Positions 49,850-62,737 of a stretch of 64,000 nucleotides of DNA are shown here, piece by piece. The stretch covers positions 65,224,001 through 65,288,000 of the forward strand of contig NW_027266275.1 in assembly GCF_022045235.1 (NCBI RefSeq), read 5' to 3'. A program made the translations under genes and the position numbers. How positions within the stretch are numbered: position 1 is the first letter of the stretch; each line of letters begins with the position of its first letter. The notes below the pieces were generated by a model. That model had not been told where the DNA came from, ran no database searches, and was given only the letters and a program-made list of their open reading frames with translations. Origin of the DNA: Haliotis cracherodii (taxonomy: Eukaryota).

Positions 49850-50372
49850 GTAAGTTGGTATACTTGTGTTGACTTAGGCGGTAAAGATTAATGATTCTTA
49901 TGATAAACGTTTATTTATGTATATTTCATATGTATGAGAGAATATAAATTGTATTCACAGTCTTATTAGAGTCGACAACTCGCACACATGCAAGTATATG
50001 TTTTTCGATATACAGGTTTGGTACACATACCAGCGAATATTCTCCCTCTAGTCATCAATTCCAATGCAGTATTTGCATGCATGCTTAGTTTGTTTGTTGT
50101 TTTGTAGCCGCACTAAGCAATATTACAGCTATACGATAGCGGTCTTTAGTGAGTTAGTGAGAGAGTATGGTTTCACGCCACTTTTAGCAACATTCCAGCA
50201 ATATCAGGGCGTGAGACTTCAGAAATGGACTTCACACATGGGGAAAACCAGACAGTCCAGTGATCGATGTTATGCGAAACGATCTACGCCGTCGGGGTAC
50301 GAGGGCACGCTATCAACAAGGTCACCGAGCCTGCATGTTTACAGCTTATGGGTCGTATTACATACACACACA

Positions 50373-50424
<52 letters not shown>

Positions 50425-53400
50425 TGCATGCATGCATGCATTCATTGGTGGTATATACATACTGCATTTTATTTTGTGCATTACTTTCAGTTGGTTGCAA
50501 TAACCCACCATTGTTCAGAACAGGAAGTAACGTTCTAATCAAGCCGGAAAATACCCCAATGGGTAGGTTATATAAAGCTCACACAAATAACCTGCCACGA
50601 TCCATTTATTGACATTTAGTATCAATTTATTATCAATCTTAAGAGGACTTGGGTATCCTTATATACTCTTGTATATAACTGTTCTATTGTTTACGAAAAT
50701 ATCCATGTATCCACTGCCCGGTGCGAAGCCTATATTAAATCTATAGCTGGTCATGAGCATCAAATACAACCTAGTACTCTAATCACAAAACAATCGTTGC
50801 CCAAAGCCTGTCTTAAGGCAGTATCTGTGTTGTCTATACTATTGAGTTGTCAGAGGGAGCCTGAAGGTGGTCTCTGTTCCAATGTTCCTACTTACTAGGG
50901 TCGGTGCTGCTAACCCTGACGGCCGCTGACAGTGATGGTCCCTCAGACTTGGTGTTCACAGTTGGGGATAAGGCGACGGGGGACCTGGTCAAGCTGGACC
51001 ACGTAGCCAAGAAGAGTAATAACGAATGGACTGTTGATGTCGTCCTCAAAACACATCTGGACAGGGATTTTGTAAATAATACTGCAAACATATTTTAAAA
51101 TAACGACACAACTTTTTTTAAATACTGTGTTGTTGCGAGTAGTTAAGACCTTGATTCATATTATATATCATGAATATTATATAATAATATATACACATTA
51201 AAAGTTAAAAGAGCAGGCAGTTGTGTTTACCACGGCCTATGAAGTATAGTGTTGGTTTAGACCTGATTATAAGGCGATGATATGTATTCCTAAACATGAC
51301 TGAATGCCTGTAACGTATGACTATTTACCGTGATGACCTCAATAAACAAAAACGGAATGATTACACGCGCATTTTTCTTCAGCATTCCAGAACACGACAC
51401 TTGACGTTTGAGGTTACGGACGGTGTCTACAAGGTACTGCTAATAATATTATAATGAAACAATTATTCAAGAAGATTGTAAACAGTTTTTGTAATAATTT
51501 TAAAAGCTGTAAATTCGGGGGCTGAATCTAGTCAGGCACCACGAAAGTAAGTCATGAGTGCATGTTACGTCAGGTCAAAGAATGAGTTTTCTGAATTGGT
51601 CGTATCTGCGTGTATTTTGTTCAGGAATGTATCCTGGTGTTTGTTTTGGTGGGATATGACTGCACGAATTTAACGTAGCTCGGTCAAGTTATTATTCAGT
51701 TTTGCCATAGTAATGTTATTGTTCTTATAATTTCAGATTCCAGTGCAGTTTAATTTAATTATTACGGATACCAACGACGAAACTCCACACTTCATCAATC
51801 TACCACATAAAATCACACTTTCAGAGGTTAGTGTATATAATATGATAACTAAAGATCACCATCTCCACTGCATCTTATCGACGCTATGATGTATCTGTAC
51901 CATCTGTACCATATCTGTACCGGTGTCGCTCATATCTGTACCAGTGTCTCTCATATCTGTACCAGTGTCTCTCATATTTGTACCAGTGTCTCTCATATTT
52001 GTACCAGTGTCTCTCATATCTGTACCTGTGACTCTCATATCTGTACCAGTGTCTCCCATATCTGTACCAGTGTCTCCCATATCTGTACCAGTGTCTCTCA
52101 TATCTGTACCAGTGTCTCTCATATTTGTACCAGTGTCTCTCATATATGTACCAGTACTCCCATATCTGTACCAGTGTCTCTCATATCTGTACCAGTGACT
52201 CCCATATCTGTACCAGTGTCTCCAATATCTGTACCAGTGTCTCTCATATCTGTACCAGTGTCTCTCATATCTGTACCAGTGTCTCTCATATCTGTACCAG
52301 TGTCTCTCATATCTGTACCAATGTCCCTCATATCTGTACCAGTGTCACTCATAGCTGTACCAGTGTCTCTAATATATGTACCAGTACTCCCATATCTGTA
52401 CCAGTGTCTCTCATATCTGCACCAATGTCCCTCATATCTGTACCAGTGTCCCTCATATCTGTACCAGTGTCACTCATAGCTGTACCAGTGTCTCTAATAT
52501 ATATGTCAATCACACCGGGATGGGGATCGTGTGGCCAGACTAACATTACCATAGAGGATAGGGTGGTGAAAAGAAATTGGGTTTAACGTTGCGTTCAAGC
52601 CTTAGATTATTTCACTTTCATTTTTACGTACGTTCAAGCACGTGTGTGTATGGCTGCTTGTACGATTCCGGCATAGTTCTAGTCCACTGATGTACCTGGC
52701 CGCAGTTCAACACAGATACCCCACTCAGATATAGTAAACTTACCCCAGTACTTGTTTTATCCCCTTTATGCCGAGTGCCCGGCAGGGTAACTACAAGTAT
52801 AATCTTCCAATGTATTTTGATATGACGCGACAATAAGATCGAACCTGCGAGCTTCCGCGCTCTGGGCAGACGCTCTGCACACGTTGAAGGCGGCCTTGGT
52901 ATTTTAAAAGGGTAACCACACGTAAGCTGTTGTTTGTGTGCTCACGCTATCAACCACTTGTTTCTATGGGTCAGGTCCGAATTAGTCTTAGGTCGTGCAC
53001 CATTACTGAATTCTTAAGGTACTATTCACTCACGATGACACGATGACGCACTATCAACAAAGTCATGGAACATGTTTATTCATATAGTTTAGACTATTTA
53101 ACCCAGACTGTTACATATATAATGTTTCATTCTCACGGTGTTAGTGGCTTCACATTTAACCTTCTGTAATCCCATTCAAATGATTTGAATAAACATATTT
53201 CCAAACTATGAATTCGCGTTTTTGGCATTGTTAAATGCTCAAGAACTGTTTTATCCGTTCGATGCTATTTACTTATTTATGTACAATAATCACATCGGTA
53301 AACTACGGTTATAACGAACTCAAAGGGGCCATTAATTTTAGTTTGTAATAACCGTAGTTCGTTATAAGCAAGTGACAAGGACTAAAAAATAAGTTCATTT

Positions 53401-56400
53401 TATCGGTCAGTTTGTTTTAAGCGCGTTCGTTATAAACGTAGTTTACTGTACTTGTATAACATGTCATGCGAGGTGTGGGACTGGGCATGTATCTGTCCCG
53501 GGTCTGAATAATGTCTCTCTCTCTAAACACTACTGCATGAATACATATTTTGTTTCACCATCATATGATTCTTGGGGTTAGGATCAGCTCTGAATAACTT
53601 CTCCAATATTTCAGACAACTGCTGTGGGTACGGCCATCTACCAAGTGAATGCCACAGACGCTGACACTGGTCCTGGGGGAGTGATAACGTACTCACTACA
53701 AGTATATGCACTACTCGTCATTTCGTAGGGTATACTGTGGTGTGTGATAACGTACTCAGTACAAGTATATGCACTACTCGTCATTTCATAGGGTACACTC
53801 TGTGGGGTGATGACGTACTCACTACAAGTATATGCACTACTCGTCATTTCATAGGGTACTCTGTGGGGTGATGACGTACTCACTACAAGTATATGCACTA
53901 CTCGTCATTTCATAGGGTATATTCTGGGAGAGTGATGACGTACTCACTACAAGTATATGCACTACTTACTCGTCATTTCATAGGGTATATTGTGGGGTGT
54001 GATAACGTACTCAGTACAAGTATATGCACTACTCGTCATTTCATAGGGTATACTGTGGGGTGTGATAACGTACTCAGTACAAGGATATGCACTACTCGTC
54101 ATTTCATAGAGTACACTCTGTGGGGCGATGACGTACTCACTACAAGTATATGCACTACTCGTCATTTCATAGGGTATATTCTGGGAGAGTGATGACGTAC
54201 TCACTACAAGTATATGCACTACTCGTCATTTCATAGGGTATATTGTGGGGTGTGATAACGTACTCAGTACAAGTATATGCACTACTCGTCTTTTCATAGG
54301 GTATACTGTGGGGTGTGATAACGTACTCAGTACAAGTATATGCACTACTCGTCATTTCATAGAATATACTCTTGGGGAGTGTATGTATTTCCATCAATGT
54401 CATTCTTTTATTTATTTATATATTTATATAGTATATGTATTTGGGAGTGTATGTATTTCCTTCAATGTCATACATTCATTTATTCATTCTTACATTCATT
54501 CATTTTTTTATTCATTTATTCATCACCTTAAACTGTTAGTAGACCAGGTGCAAATGTTTATTTCAAACCCCTCTTTGTCAGATAACAATATCTGTTATGT
54601 AAACCAATTCAGCTGAACATTATGTTTCTCCACATTCGAGAGAAACAATCTATCAGTTTCACACGTGATGTTACTGTCTAGACAGTCTCTTGAAATGGGC
54701 ACAAGACAGTGAACAAATAGTGCCTTTAAATCAACTAGATATTGTGACCCAGTGCAAGAAAAACTACCAGGAATGGCCAGAGATGCACATGAAGCATGGT
54801 ACTCCCCGTAGATCAGTGTCGTATTTGTCAACACGGACACATGTCATACATGCACAAGTTTTCCTGCTATTCTGTGGGAAGAGATACCCTGTGCTGGGTA
54901 CGTGTGTACACAACTCAAGATTTAACCCTAATATCTCAGAAGAAGGATGCGCTTAGTGTTGCTGTGAGACCTTATCGCATTGTCATAGTATGAACCAGTT
55001 TCTTGCCAGTATCATCTGTTCTTATCATACTGCTGGGCTTTTCTGATAAGCTCTAGAAGATCCAGACCTCGGGGAGCACATATATATCACTGCATGTGTC
55101 ATTGTGCTTGCTGAACACCTGTGCACTGTGCAACAATGTATGCCTCTGTCATCATAAGGCAATCAGAACCAGTTGTATTGATCGTTAGGGTAGTAATAAC
55201 TGTTTAGGTTGCTTCAAGACATACGTTGCTCTCTCTCATGTTTTTACCTATCTTCTTTAAGAAGCACATAACTCAAACATTTTCTTTTTTTCATCGAATA
55301 TATAAATCATTCTGGAGTATGGATTGAGATCTTATGGACACAATACATTTTTTCTAAAAAGATTTATTCAAGCTATTTCAAAATTTCTAATTTAAATTGT
55401 GTAGCAAGTTATGACATGGTCAAAGGTTAATATATATGAAAAAGAAAGAATATTTGAGGTTTGGTTCGCCCAATATGCGTTAAAATATGTGTTGGCAAGT
55501 AGTTTATTCAGTACGCGGTTAGAAGAGTGGTCGTTCTTTTCGCTATACAGCCCATTGCACACTAGATATATACATTTATCAATATATTGATATATACAGC
55601 TTTCCTTTTCATTTTGAAATAAAACGAAAACGAAAACAATTACAAAATGAATCGAAAATTCGGTCAGGTTTAAGGAGAATATAGGCTCGGGACACACCAT
55701 TAATTCGCACGAGACAACAATCCGTAATTTCTTGTACCTGGCTGTACCTAGCTTCTATATATAACTGCTATACTGGTGAAATATTGCCGATGCAATGGTA
55801 ATTCTATTTACTTTTATATGGAAAAAATACTTCACTATTTGTTTGATTAATGTTCCTGTTAATTTATAGTTGAGACAATAGGTTTGCTGTATTATACTTC
55901 TGTTACCAGCTGTCCGACGGAACGACCACGCCCTTCAGGATTGCAGCCGCTACAGGGGAGATAAAGCTTGGTGTCAAACTGGACTTTGAACAGCGGACTT
56001 CCTACAGCTGTAACATTACTGCAACGGTAGCCGACTCATTACGTTTCTACCCGTGAGGGTTCTTGGTCACACTATTACCGCTAGTAGCACATGCATACCG
56101 TAGGAGCTGACTCCAAGTAGAACAGGTTGCAGTGTGTGTCTCCGTACCCCGACAGGCGACTATGCTTGTCGTAAGAGGCGACTAACGGGATCGGGTGATC
56201 GGGTGGTCAGACTCGCTGACTTGGTTCATGCATGTCATCGTATCCCAATTGCGTTCATCAATGCTCACTGGGTTGTCTGGTTCATACTCGATTATTTACA
56301 GACCGCAGTCACATAGCTGGAATATTGTTGAGTACGGCGTTAAAATACGGCGTTAAAATACAAACAAACAAACAAAACGACAGAGTTGCTCATGCTGTCA

Positions 56401-59400
56401 ATCACTGGATTGTCTGCCACCGGCTCGATTACATACAATCTGTCGTGATATTGCTGGCATACTGCTAACTGCGACGGAATATAAAATTTATTCACCCACT
56501 ACTTTACTCAAGACGTAGCAGAAATAAAGAAACGTGTATGAGGTAGCTAACAAAAACAACTGTCCATGTTTTTAAGCAGTAATACACCCGTTAAGATCCG
56601 GGGTAGAATAGGTCTACAGCAACCCATGATTGCCGTAAATGGTGACTTTGCTTTTCGCAATAGGCCACTAACGGGATCGGGTGGTCAGGCTCGCTGACTT
56701 GGTTGATGCATGTACCTATCCCAATTGCGTGGATCGATGCTCATGATGTCAATCACTGGATTGTCTGGTCCAGACTCGATTATTTAGAGACCGTCGTCAC
56801 ATAGCTTGAATATTGCTGAGTGCGGCGTTAAACAACAAACAAAACAAAAATAAAACAAATAAATTGTAATAGTGGATGCTATGAGCCATAAATGTATGTA
56901 GCATCAAAAAGCTGACACCATCTTCTAAGCAAATTAGATCAGGAGTGTTTTGAAGTGTAGCCATCAGCTCAAAAACACCAATGCTTTTATTGTGTTCCGA
57001 TTCGTTTCACAAGATAAGAAAACGAAATAAAGAGAAACAATATGCATGTACTTATGAATCACCCTGACGTTATGATGTCATCATATGTTTGCAAACATGA
57101 CTTTACCCGATTTCTTTAAGAAATGAGCTTTATAAAAACATATGCAACTAACTTCGTAATTTCTTATGTTGAGACGCATTTGTTCAAAAACACTGACTGG
57201 CAAGCACACTTTTTCCAGCCCGTTGTGTAATAAATCTACAAATAAATCACAGCATGTCGCCTTTCAACATATAGGTAAATATAGGTTGTTACACAACACA
57301 CACATCAAATGACATGTTTAGGGTAGGGACATATTATCTCTTTCTGATATTTCTCTGACCTGTATGCAATCTTCCCACCCTGCTGGCCAGTCGTCATCCT
57401 CTATCATTGTAAGGCTTAATGTTGCATGACTCACAGCACGCTATCAATGGAGAAAAACAGTAGAAATATGCATGTTTGGGTTTGTTGAAAGTCTGATATG
57501 TCATTAGAATAAACAATGTTTTAATTAAACTTGTTTCATTTATATAACACCACACCATAGTCATGGTATTCAAAGACATCCATTGCTGTCCTAGTTTCAC
57601 AAGGTACACATGGGTCCCTATAAGTGATTACGAAAGGGGAACGGGTGGCCCCGTGAGATAAAACTGTGCAGAGTTGTGTCCCTTTCATGTTGCAGTGTCA
57701 GTGTACGTTTAACTCTCCAATCCACACTATAACACGCCGTAATATAAGTGAACTGTCCATCACATCAACTCATCAACACATTGCCAATGGACACTGTACA
57801 GCTCAAAGCGACCTTCCACGTCACTTGGACTATTTTTTTTACTACTGACGTTTACAGGATGGTGGCGGTCTAACGTCGACGTCAACGTTTGACGTTTCTG
57901 TGACAGATGCTCAGGACACTCCCCCTGTGTTTGAACGACCCTCATACACCGTCCGTATCTCAGAGAACGCTCTTGCGGTAAATATGTTTCGAGCCAATGT
58001 TTGTGTACAGCCGTCGTATATCAGGGAGGAAGTCAAGAAAGAGTTGTTTCTTTATTTGTAGCATGTCGGGACAAAGTCAGGAGTATTCAAAGAATACAGT
58101 CTTTAGTTTCTTCCCACTAAAATCCTTCTGGGTGTAATTTACTCCATCATCGGATCAATACTTTCTTAATGTTTGTTTACGGAGGTTAATTCTCGTTGTG
58201 GAATTCCGGAGCTCATATTAGAGGATGGTTGAAAATGTGAAAATATACCAAAAAAACACCAGCAACTTTCATCACACCATTGTGTTAATGTATGATTAGC
58301 GTTATTTCTATTTTTGAACACCCATAGCGTGGTTCTACTGTGTTATGACGGGACACTTAGTCGATTAGTTTAATTACATCCAATTTCGTCTTAGTAGAAT
58401 CTGCTGATCATGGGTATGAATCCTAAATTCGATCCGATTATGAGCGTCAGTCTGTCAGCACATATACTCATGTTTTGTGGTGCCGCGGAATGGTAAATAT
58501 CTTACAAACGCATCCCTTTGGGTTTTCGTAACTCGACTGTGCAACGGTAAACCTTCCCAAGATTTAATGGCATGACATTAAACGAGTGATTAATATCGCA
58601 GCAATCATGGTGGAGAAATTTCGAATTGGCCTCATTGTACCCATGTAAAGATTGAACCCTTGTCCTCGGTGCGACTGACAAACGCATTACCCACACACCA
58701 GCCCTCACTTGACACAGGCTAACAGTTCGGTTACAGCAATAAGAAATATCTATTCTCACATAATCTACTGCTGAGAGACGAGACTCGCTGAACCTTAGAC
58801 TATAGGCCTAGCCATCACCTATTTTCTAAGTACATATGGTTTTAACTTTAACAACGTCGATGTTCCAATTGCATATACCAGGGTAGCGCTGTTGTGACAG
58901 TGAGGACAGAAGATGGCGACACTACATTGCAAAACAAGGTGGTCCTGGGCTTAGACACAGGCGAGTTTCAGTCAACAACATTACTCACAAAATGTACAGT
59001 CAACGTGCATTTATTATCTCTGCTATTTTTATACGAGTGAGTGAGTGAGTGAGTGAGTTGGGTTTAACGCCGGTTTTAACAGTGTTCCAGTCACGGTGTG
59101 TCAGCTTAATGTGGAAGGAAAGCCCGAAGTGATGCAGGTCTCAGACGTTTACCACTTCGGTGAAACCCATGTGCACGGGTCTGCTGCTGAACAACCTAGA
59201 AACATAATCGGGGCGAACCGGGATTCGAACCCACAATCATAGGTTTCTGGCGTGCCCAGGGGACGCAACTCTGCACAGCGAGTCTGGGCCACCCGTGCAC
59301 CCTCATTTTTATAAGAATGTAACACAGTAACAACCATTTGTTACATCAGAATCAAATGGGTTATTACATACTAATGTGGGTTATATAAAGGCGTATCTGG

Positions 59401-62400
59401 CTACTGAGGTGCCGTTACAACTTCAACACAGTTCACCCTTCTAAACGTTATAATAGTCAACAGTAGTCAATGCCAGGCCAGGATCGTGCATGTTAATCTA
59501 GTAGCACGATTTGCCCTTTGCGAGGTTAAACCCCAAATCATTACACAACCAATGTATAATACTTGAAGATAAACTACGGGTTATATGCCAGTAGATAACA
59601 CGTTATTTTGGACCCCGCTGTGGTAGTTCTGTGATAAAGTTATTCTTAGTTACCTTTATCTGAAAAACAACACGTTCAAGCGTCAGATAAAAGATTAGTT
59701 CATCAATTTGCCTTGTATGTACCGAGGTTCCGGGATCCCGTAGGCTTAATTTATTGTCACGAATGTGTTGAAACGTCATTACAATACTGACACATACTCT
59801 TACAGACGTGTCACTATATTCCTAGATACGGCAAATTCTAATGTTACGTGATAACCCATGATTATCTTTTCCAGGCCCTTGTACCAGTATCTTCAAAATT
59901 GACTCCAGTACAGGGGAGATAACTCTCACATCAAGTCCTGATAGAGAGGACGTCTTATTTAAAGACAACAATGGCGTCTGCATGCTGAACGTCACGGTAA
60001 GAGAAACCTTCAATCGCTTCTTTCATTAGGATGAGGGGGTAGCCTTGGATTTTGTCTAGAAATTAGACATTGTCCAGAGATTAGACATTTTTCCAGCTAC
60101 AGCTTCAAACCAGATATTTTTTTAATTAAAACTATGGGCCTGAATATCTTTTTAAGATGAACACCTTGCACCTTGTAATTTTTGTGGCAGACAATTTCTA
60201 TTTTTTCAACAGTCTGAAGCATAATTATTTTTAGCAAGAAATATCTAGGACTTTTTTTTCGATAAAATCCTAGCCGTCACTGAATCAGCGTCTTATCCAT
60301 GATTGAAATGTTACAAACGTCATTTCTGCAAAAAATAATATAATATGATACTTTTCCAAGATAGATTGTAAGTAAAAGCACCGATACATAATTTCGTCTT
60401 CAACGTAATAGTGCGTGTTTCGGCCACCTGATACAGGCTACAGAGGACAGTGGTGACCGGCTACAGTATGGATTGTCGTCTTCATGGGTGATGGTGATGG
60501 TGTTTATCACTGACGTCAACGACAACCACCCTACGTTCAGTGCAGGGAAGGTAAAGGCGTACACGGCGAGGGATGTCCCCGAAGGTGCGCCGGTTGTCTT
60601 TGCACAACCCCAGTTTCTCACAGTTGTGGACGACGATAGGGTAAGGTAGCAACTATTTTCTTTAATTAGAGGGGTTTTATTAGACGGTGATTCCACTGAA
60701 AGATAGATTATTGGGGAGCCGTTGTTTGCTCTTTCAAAAAAAGGCTGTATTTTCTGGTCACCGTTAGATAAAGCGATCGTAGCAATATCACTATCGTAAG
60801 TCACGTAGATTAACATACTTTTGTGAAAAAATTGCCCTGTCACAGTATGTTATTTAAGAGACCTTCTTATCTTAACTTTTTTAGTAGTGTCCCAAAGGGT
60901 ACTAACTGTGCCGGGCCGCTTCCAATACATTAAAATACACAGATATTAGTTTAAAGATATAGCTTTTGAGACACTACTGGTCAAGTGGAGACATGCAATT
61001 TGCGATCGACTTGAGGTGTCTGGAAACATTACCCGAGCATTATATAAACTTACTACCGATTTTTAAAGTTGAATTAGTGCGTGATGTTGTCATTGGTAGA
61101 ATGCACAAACTGGATAGAGAAAACAGAATTGGAATTCGCCCATTCTGTACAAGCTTGTTGTCATTCAAAATATGGCTGCTCTACATGAAAAGTTGACAAT
61201 GACAATGCTCAGATAACATAACCACATATGTTAGTAACAGGACCACTGCATTGTTTGATCAAAACCTGGCATTTATGACAAATGAGGGCACCATAAGAGG
61301 CATGTATGATAACTGTGGGAGAAATCCCTCAAAACGCGCATGAGTACCACGCAGTTTAGGCTTGACTCTAAATCCTTAGGACATTCTTCATTTGGACACG
61401 AGGCGGTCGGGTAGCCTAGAGGTTAAAGCGTTCGCTCGTCACGCCGAAGACCCGGGTTCGATTCCCGACATGGGTACAATGTGTGAAGCCCATTTCTGGT
61501 GTCCCCCGCCGTGATATTGCTGGAATATTGCTAAAAGCGGCGTAAAACCATACTCACTCATTTGGACATTGGATTGCAAAGTTCCTTAAAAATCTGTACT
61601 GAAAGAGATCGGCTGCAAGGTTCGGCAAATGTACCACCAAATGCCGTTCTTATCGTAATCTGTGGTCTAATGGTAGAGCGCCCGCCCGGAGAACGGAAGG
61701 TCCGGGTCGGGGTTCGATCTCTGGCCGTGTCATGCCAAAAGACGTTAAAAGATGGTACTTGTTGTTACCCTGTCTGGCGCTGGGCATTAAGGACTGGTCG
61801 GCTCGGAGTCAGTATACTGTGTCTGAGTGGGGTATTAATGTTAAACTGCGGCATGGTATCTAAGTGGGTTACCACAAAAATCGGCATCAGTCCGGACTAG
61901 TACACACAAAAGCAGCCACACACACACACACACACACGAACACACGAACACGAACACACACACGAACACACACATACATACACATGCACGTCTCTAAAAA
62001 AAGTGCAATAATCTTGGACGCGACGTTAACCCCCATTTCAACTCACCCATAATCAGATCATTGTCATTTTAGGTTTTCCTCCATATTGCCATTCTGAAAC
62101 ATGTCTCCCCCAAGCTCCAATCTTCCTTTCTTGTGTGCATGCCTTTGGTATAAGACATAGGTAGAACCTAGTTAACCGAGACGTCGCAATGCGTTGTGCA
62201 TAGTTGCTGTCTTCGTCATGCCAGGGTGCGCTGGTCGTGGGTTCGAGTCCCTGTTTCGCCTCGTTAGTTTCTATATATTTGCGTCAGTTAGTGGTTTCCT
62301 CACATAAGAAACTGACAGGTCGTGATCAAACTGGAAATGTCAAATGTACCTCCTCACTTTCCTCCTCTCTACCAACAGGGCCCAAATGGCATCATGGAGA

Positions 62401-62543
62401 TCTTCCTGCAGTCAATTGGCAACAAACACGACACCGTGTTTCAAGTATCGCCCCAGAGGGCGTATTCCCAGGCACAGATTTTCCTCAATGTGTTCAATGC
62501 TTCCGCACTGCGGACATATCCCTACGACGTAATTACAGTTGAG
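49786..62543 (+). CDS. Cadherin B: Cad87A/CDH23-like cadherin, paralogue of cadherin A, 5' part (signal peptide to EC4); continues beyond window end
   Basis: 12 exons: 49786-49849, 50491-50562, 50899-51071, 51383-51433, 51737-51826, 53615-53701, 55910-56026, 57858-57977, 58882-58960 (GC donor), 59875-59996, 60437-60640, 62379-62543. Motifs NNPP, PENTP, LDRD, DTNDETP, ATDAD, LDFE, DAQDTPP, DRE, DVNDNHP. Exon sizes 51/90/87/117/79 are identical to cadherin A. Confidence 0.9.
50364..50440. repeat. (CA)n(CACG)n(CATG)n compound microsatellite
   Basis: Seen directly. Confidence 0.95.
50491..50562 (+). CDS. Cadherin B exon 2
   Basis: tttcag|VGCNNPPLFRTGSNVLIKPENTPM|gtaggt. Confidence 0.88.
50899..51071 (+). 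CDS. Cadherin B exon 3
   Basis: GSVLLTLTAADSDGP...HLDRDF|gtaaat. Confidence 0.9.
51383..51433 (+). CDS. Cadherin B exon 4
   Basis: HSRTRHLTFEVTDGVYK, 51 nt. Confidence 0.85.
51737..51826 (+). CDS. Cadherin B exon 5
   Basis: IPVQFNLIITDTNDETPHFINLPHKITLSE, 90 nt. Confidence 0.9.
51893..52500. repeat. 21-bp minisatellite
   Basis: Unit catatctgtaccagtgtctct. Confidence 0.95.
52561..52878 (-). mobile_element. SINE family C (diverged)
   Basis: Matches family C. Confidence 0.7.
53296..53448. mobile_element. Short pogo/Tigger-like MITE
   Basis: TIRs cggtaaactacggttataacgaac ... gttcgttataaacgtagtttactg followed by TA. Confidence 0.7.
53615..53701 (+). CDS. Cadherin B exon 6
   Basis: TTAVGTAIYQVNATDADTGPGGVITYSLQ|gtatat, 87 nt. 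Confidence 0.88.
53672..54380. repeat. ~63-bp minisatellite (11 units) spanning the cadherin B exon 6 donor
   Basis: g(t/g)atatgcactact starts at 53702, 53765, 53828, 53889, 53953, 54020, 54083, 54146, 54210, 54273 and 54336. Confidence 0.95.
55910..56026 (+). CDS. Cadherin B exon 7
   Basis: LSDGTTTPFRIAAATGEIKLGVKLDFEQRTSYSCNITAT, 117 nt. Confidence 0.9.
56150..56850 (+). mobile_element. Two SINE family B copies (56150-56378 and 56587-56850) plus a fragment
   Basis: Both match family B. Confidence 0.8.
57858..57977 (+). CDS. Cadherin B exon 8
   Basis: DGGGLTSTSTFDVSVTDAQDTPPVFERPSYTVRISENALA. Confidence 0.9.
58882..58960 (+). CDS. Cadherin B exon 9 (GC donor)
   Basis: GSAVVTVRTEDGDTTLQNKVVLGLDT-G|gcgagt, 79 nt like its paralogue. 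Confidence 0.82.
59035..59303 (-). mobile_element. SINE family D, near full length
   Basis: (GAGT)n tail at left; flanked by atttttata on both sides. Confidence 0.85.
59875..59996 (+). CDS. Cadherin B exon 10
   Basis: GPCTSIFKIDSSTGEITLTSSPDREDVLFKDNNGVCMLNVT|gtaaga. Confidence 0.9.
60437..60640 (+). CDS. Cadherin B exon 11
   Basis: ATEDSG...ITDVNDNHPTF...VVDDDR|gtaagg. Confidence 0.9.
61399..61557 (+). mobile_element. SINE family A, full length
   Basis: TSD tcatttggaca; near-identical to the 36536 copy. Partial copies at ~9092-9168, ~16596-16675 and ~50148-50240. Confidence 0.92.
61662..62050 (+). mobile_element. SINE family C with internal (CA)n expansion
   Basis: Matches family C. Confidence 0.85.
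62379..62543 (+). CDS. Cadherin B exon 12
   Basis: GPNGIMEIFL...FQVSPQRAYSQAQIFLNV...ITVE|gtgggt. Confidence 0.88.
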
Positions 62544-62737
62544 GTGGGTTACAAAGGCGCGATATTTACTACTATAACATACATCATTTCATTATTTTCG
62601 TATCCTTGATTTCATGATAATCACCTGTCTGAGCCTTTTCCGTATTGACATGGCATTATCCTCTATCCCATATTCTTATCATCTCTGCATTTCTTATATC
62701 CCAATATCTCTATACCATTATCTTCACAAACTGATTC

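Noticed and set aside
50064-50612. 182-aa ORF
   Set aside because: It is a chimera of a SINE fragment, a microsatellite and the real 72-nt cadherin exon.
53672-54380. CRISPR-like regular array
   Set aside because: Units repeat over their full length with no unique spacers, there are no cas genes, and the context is a eukaryotic intron.
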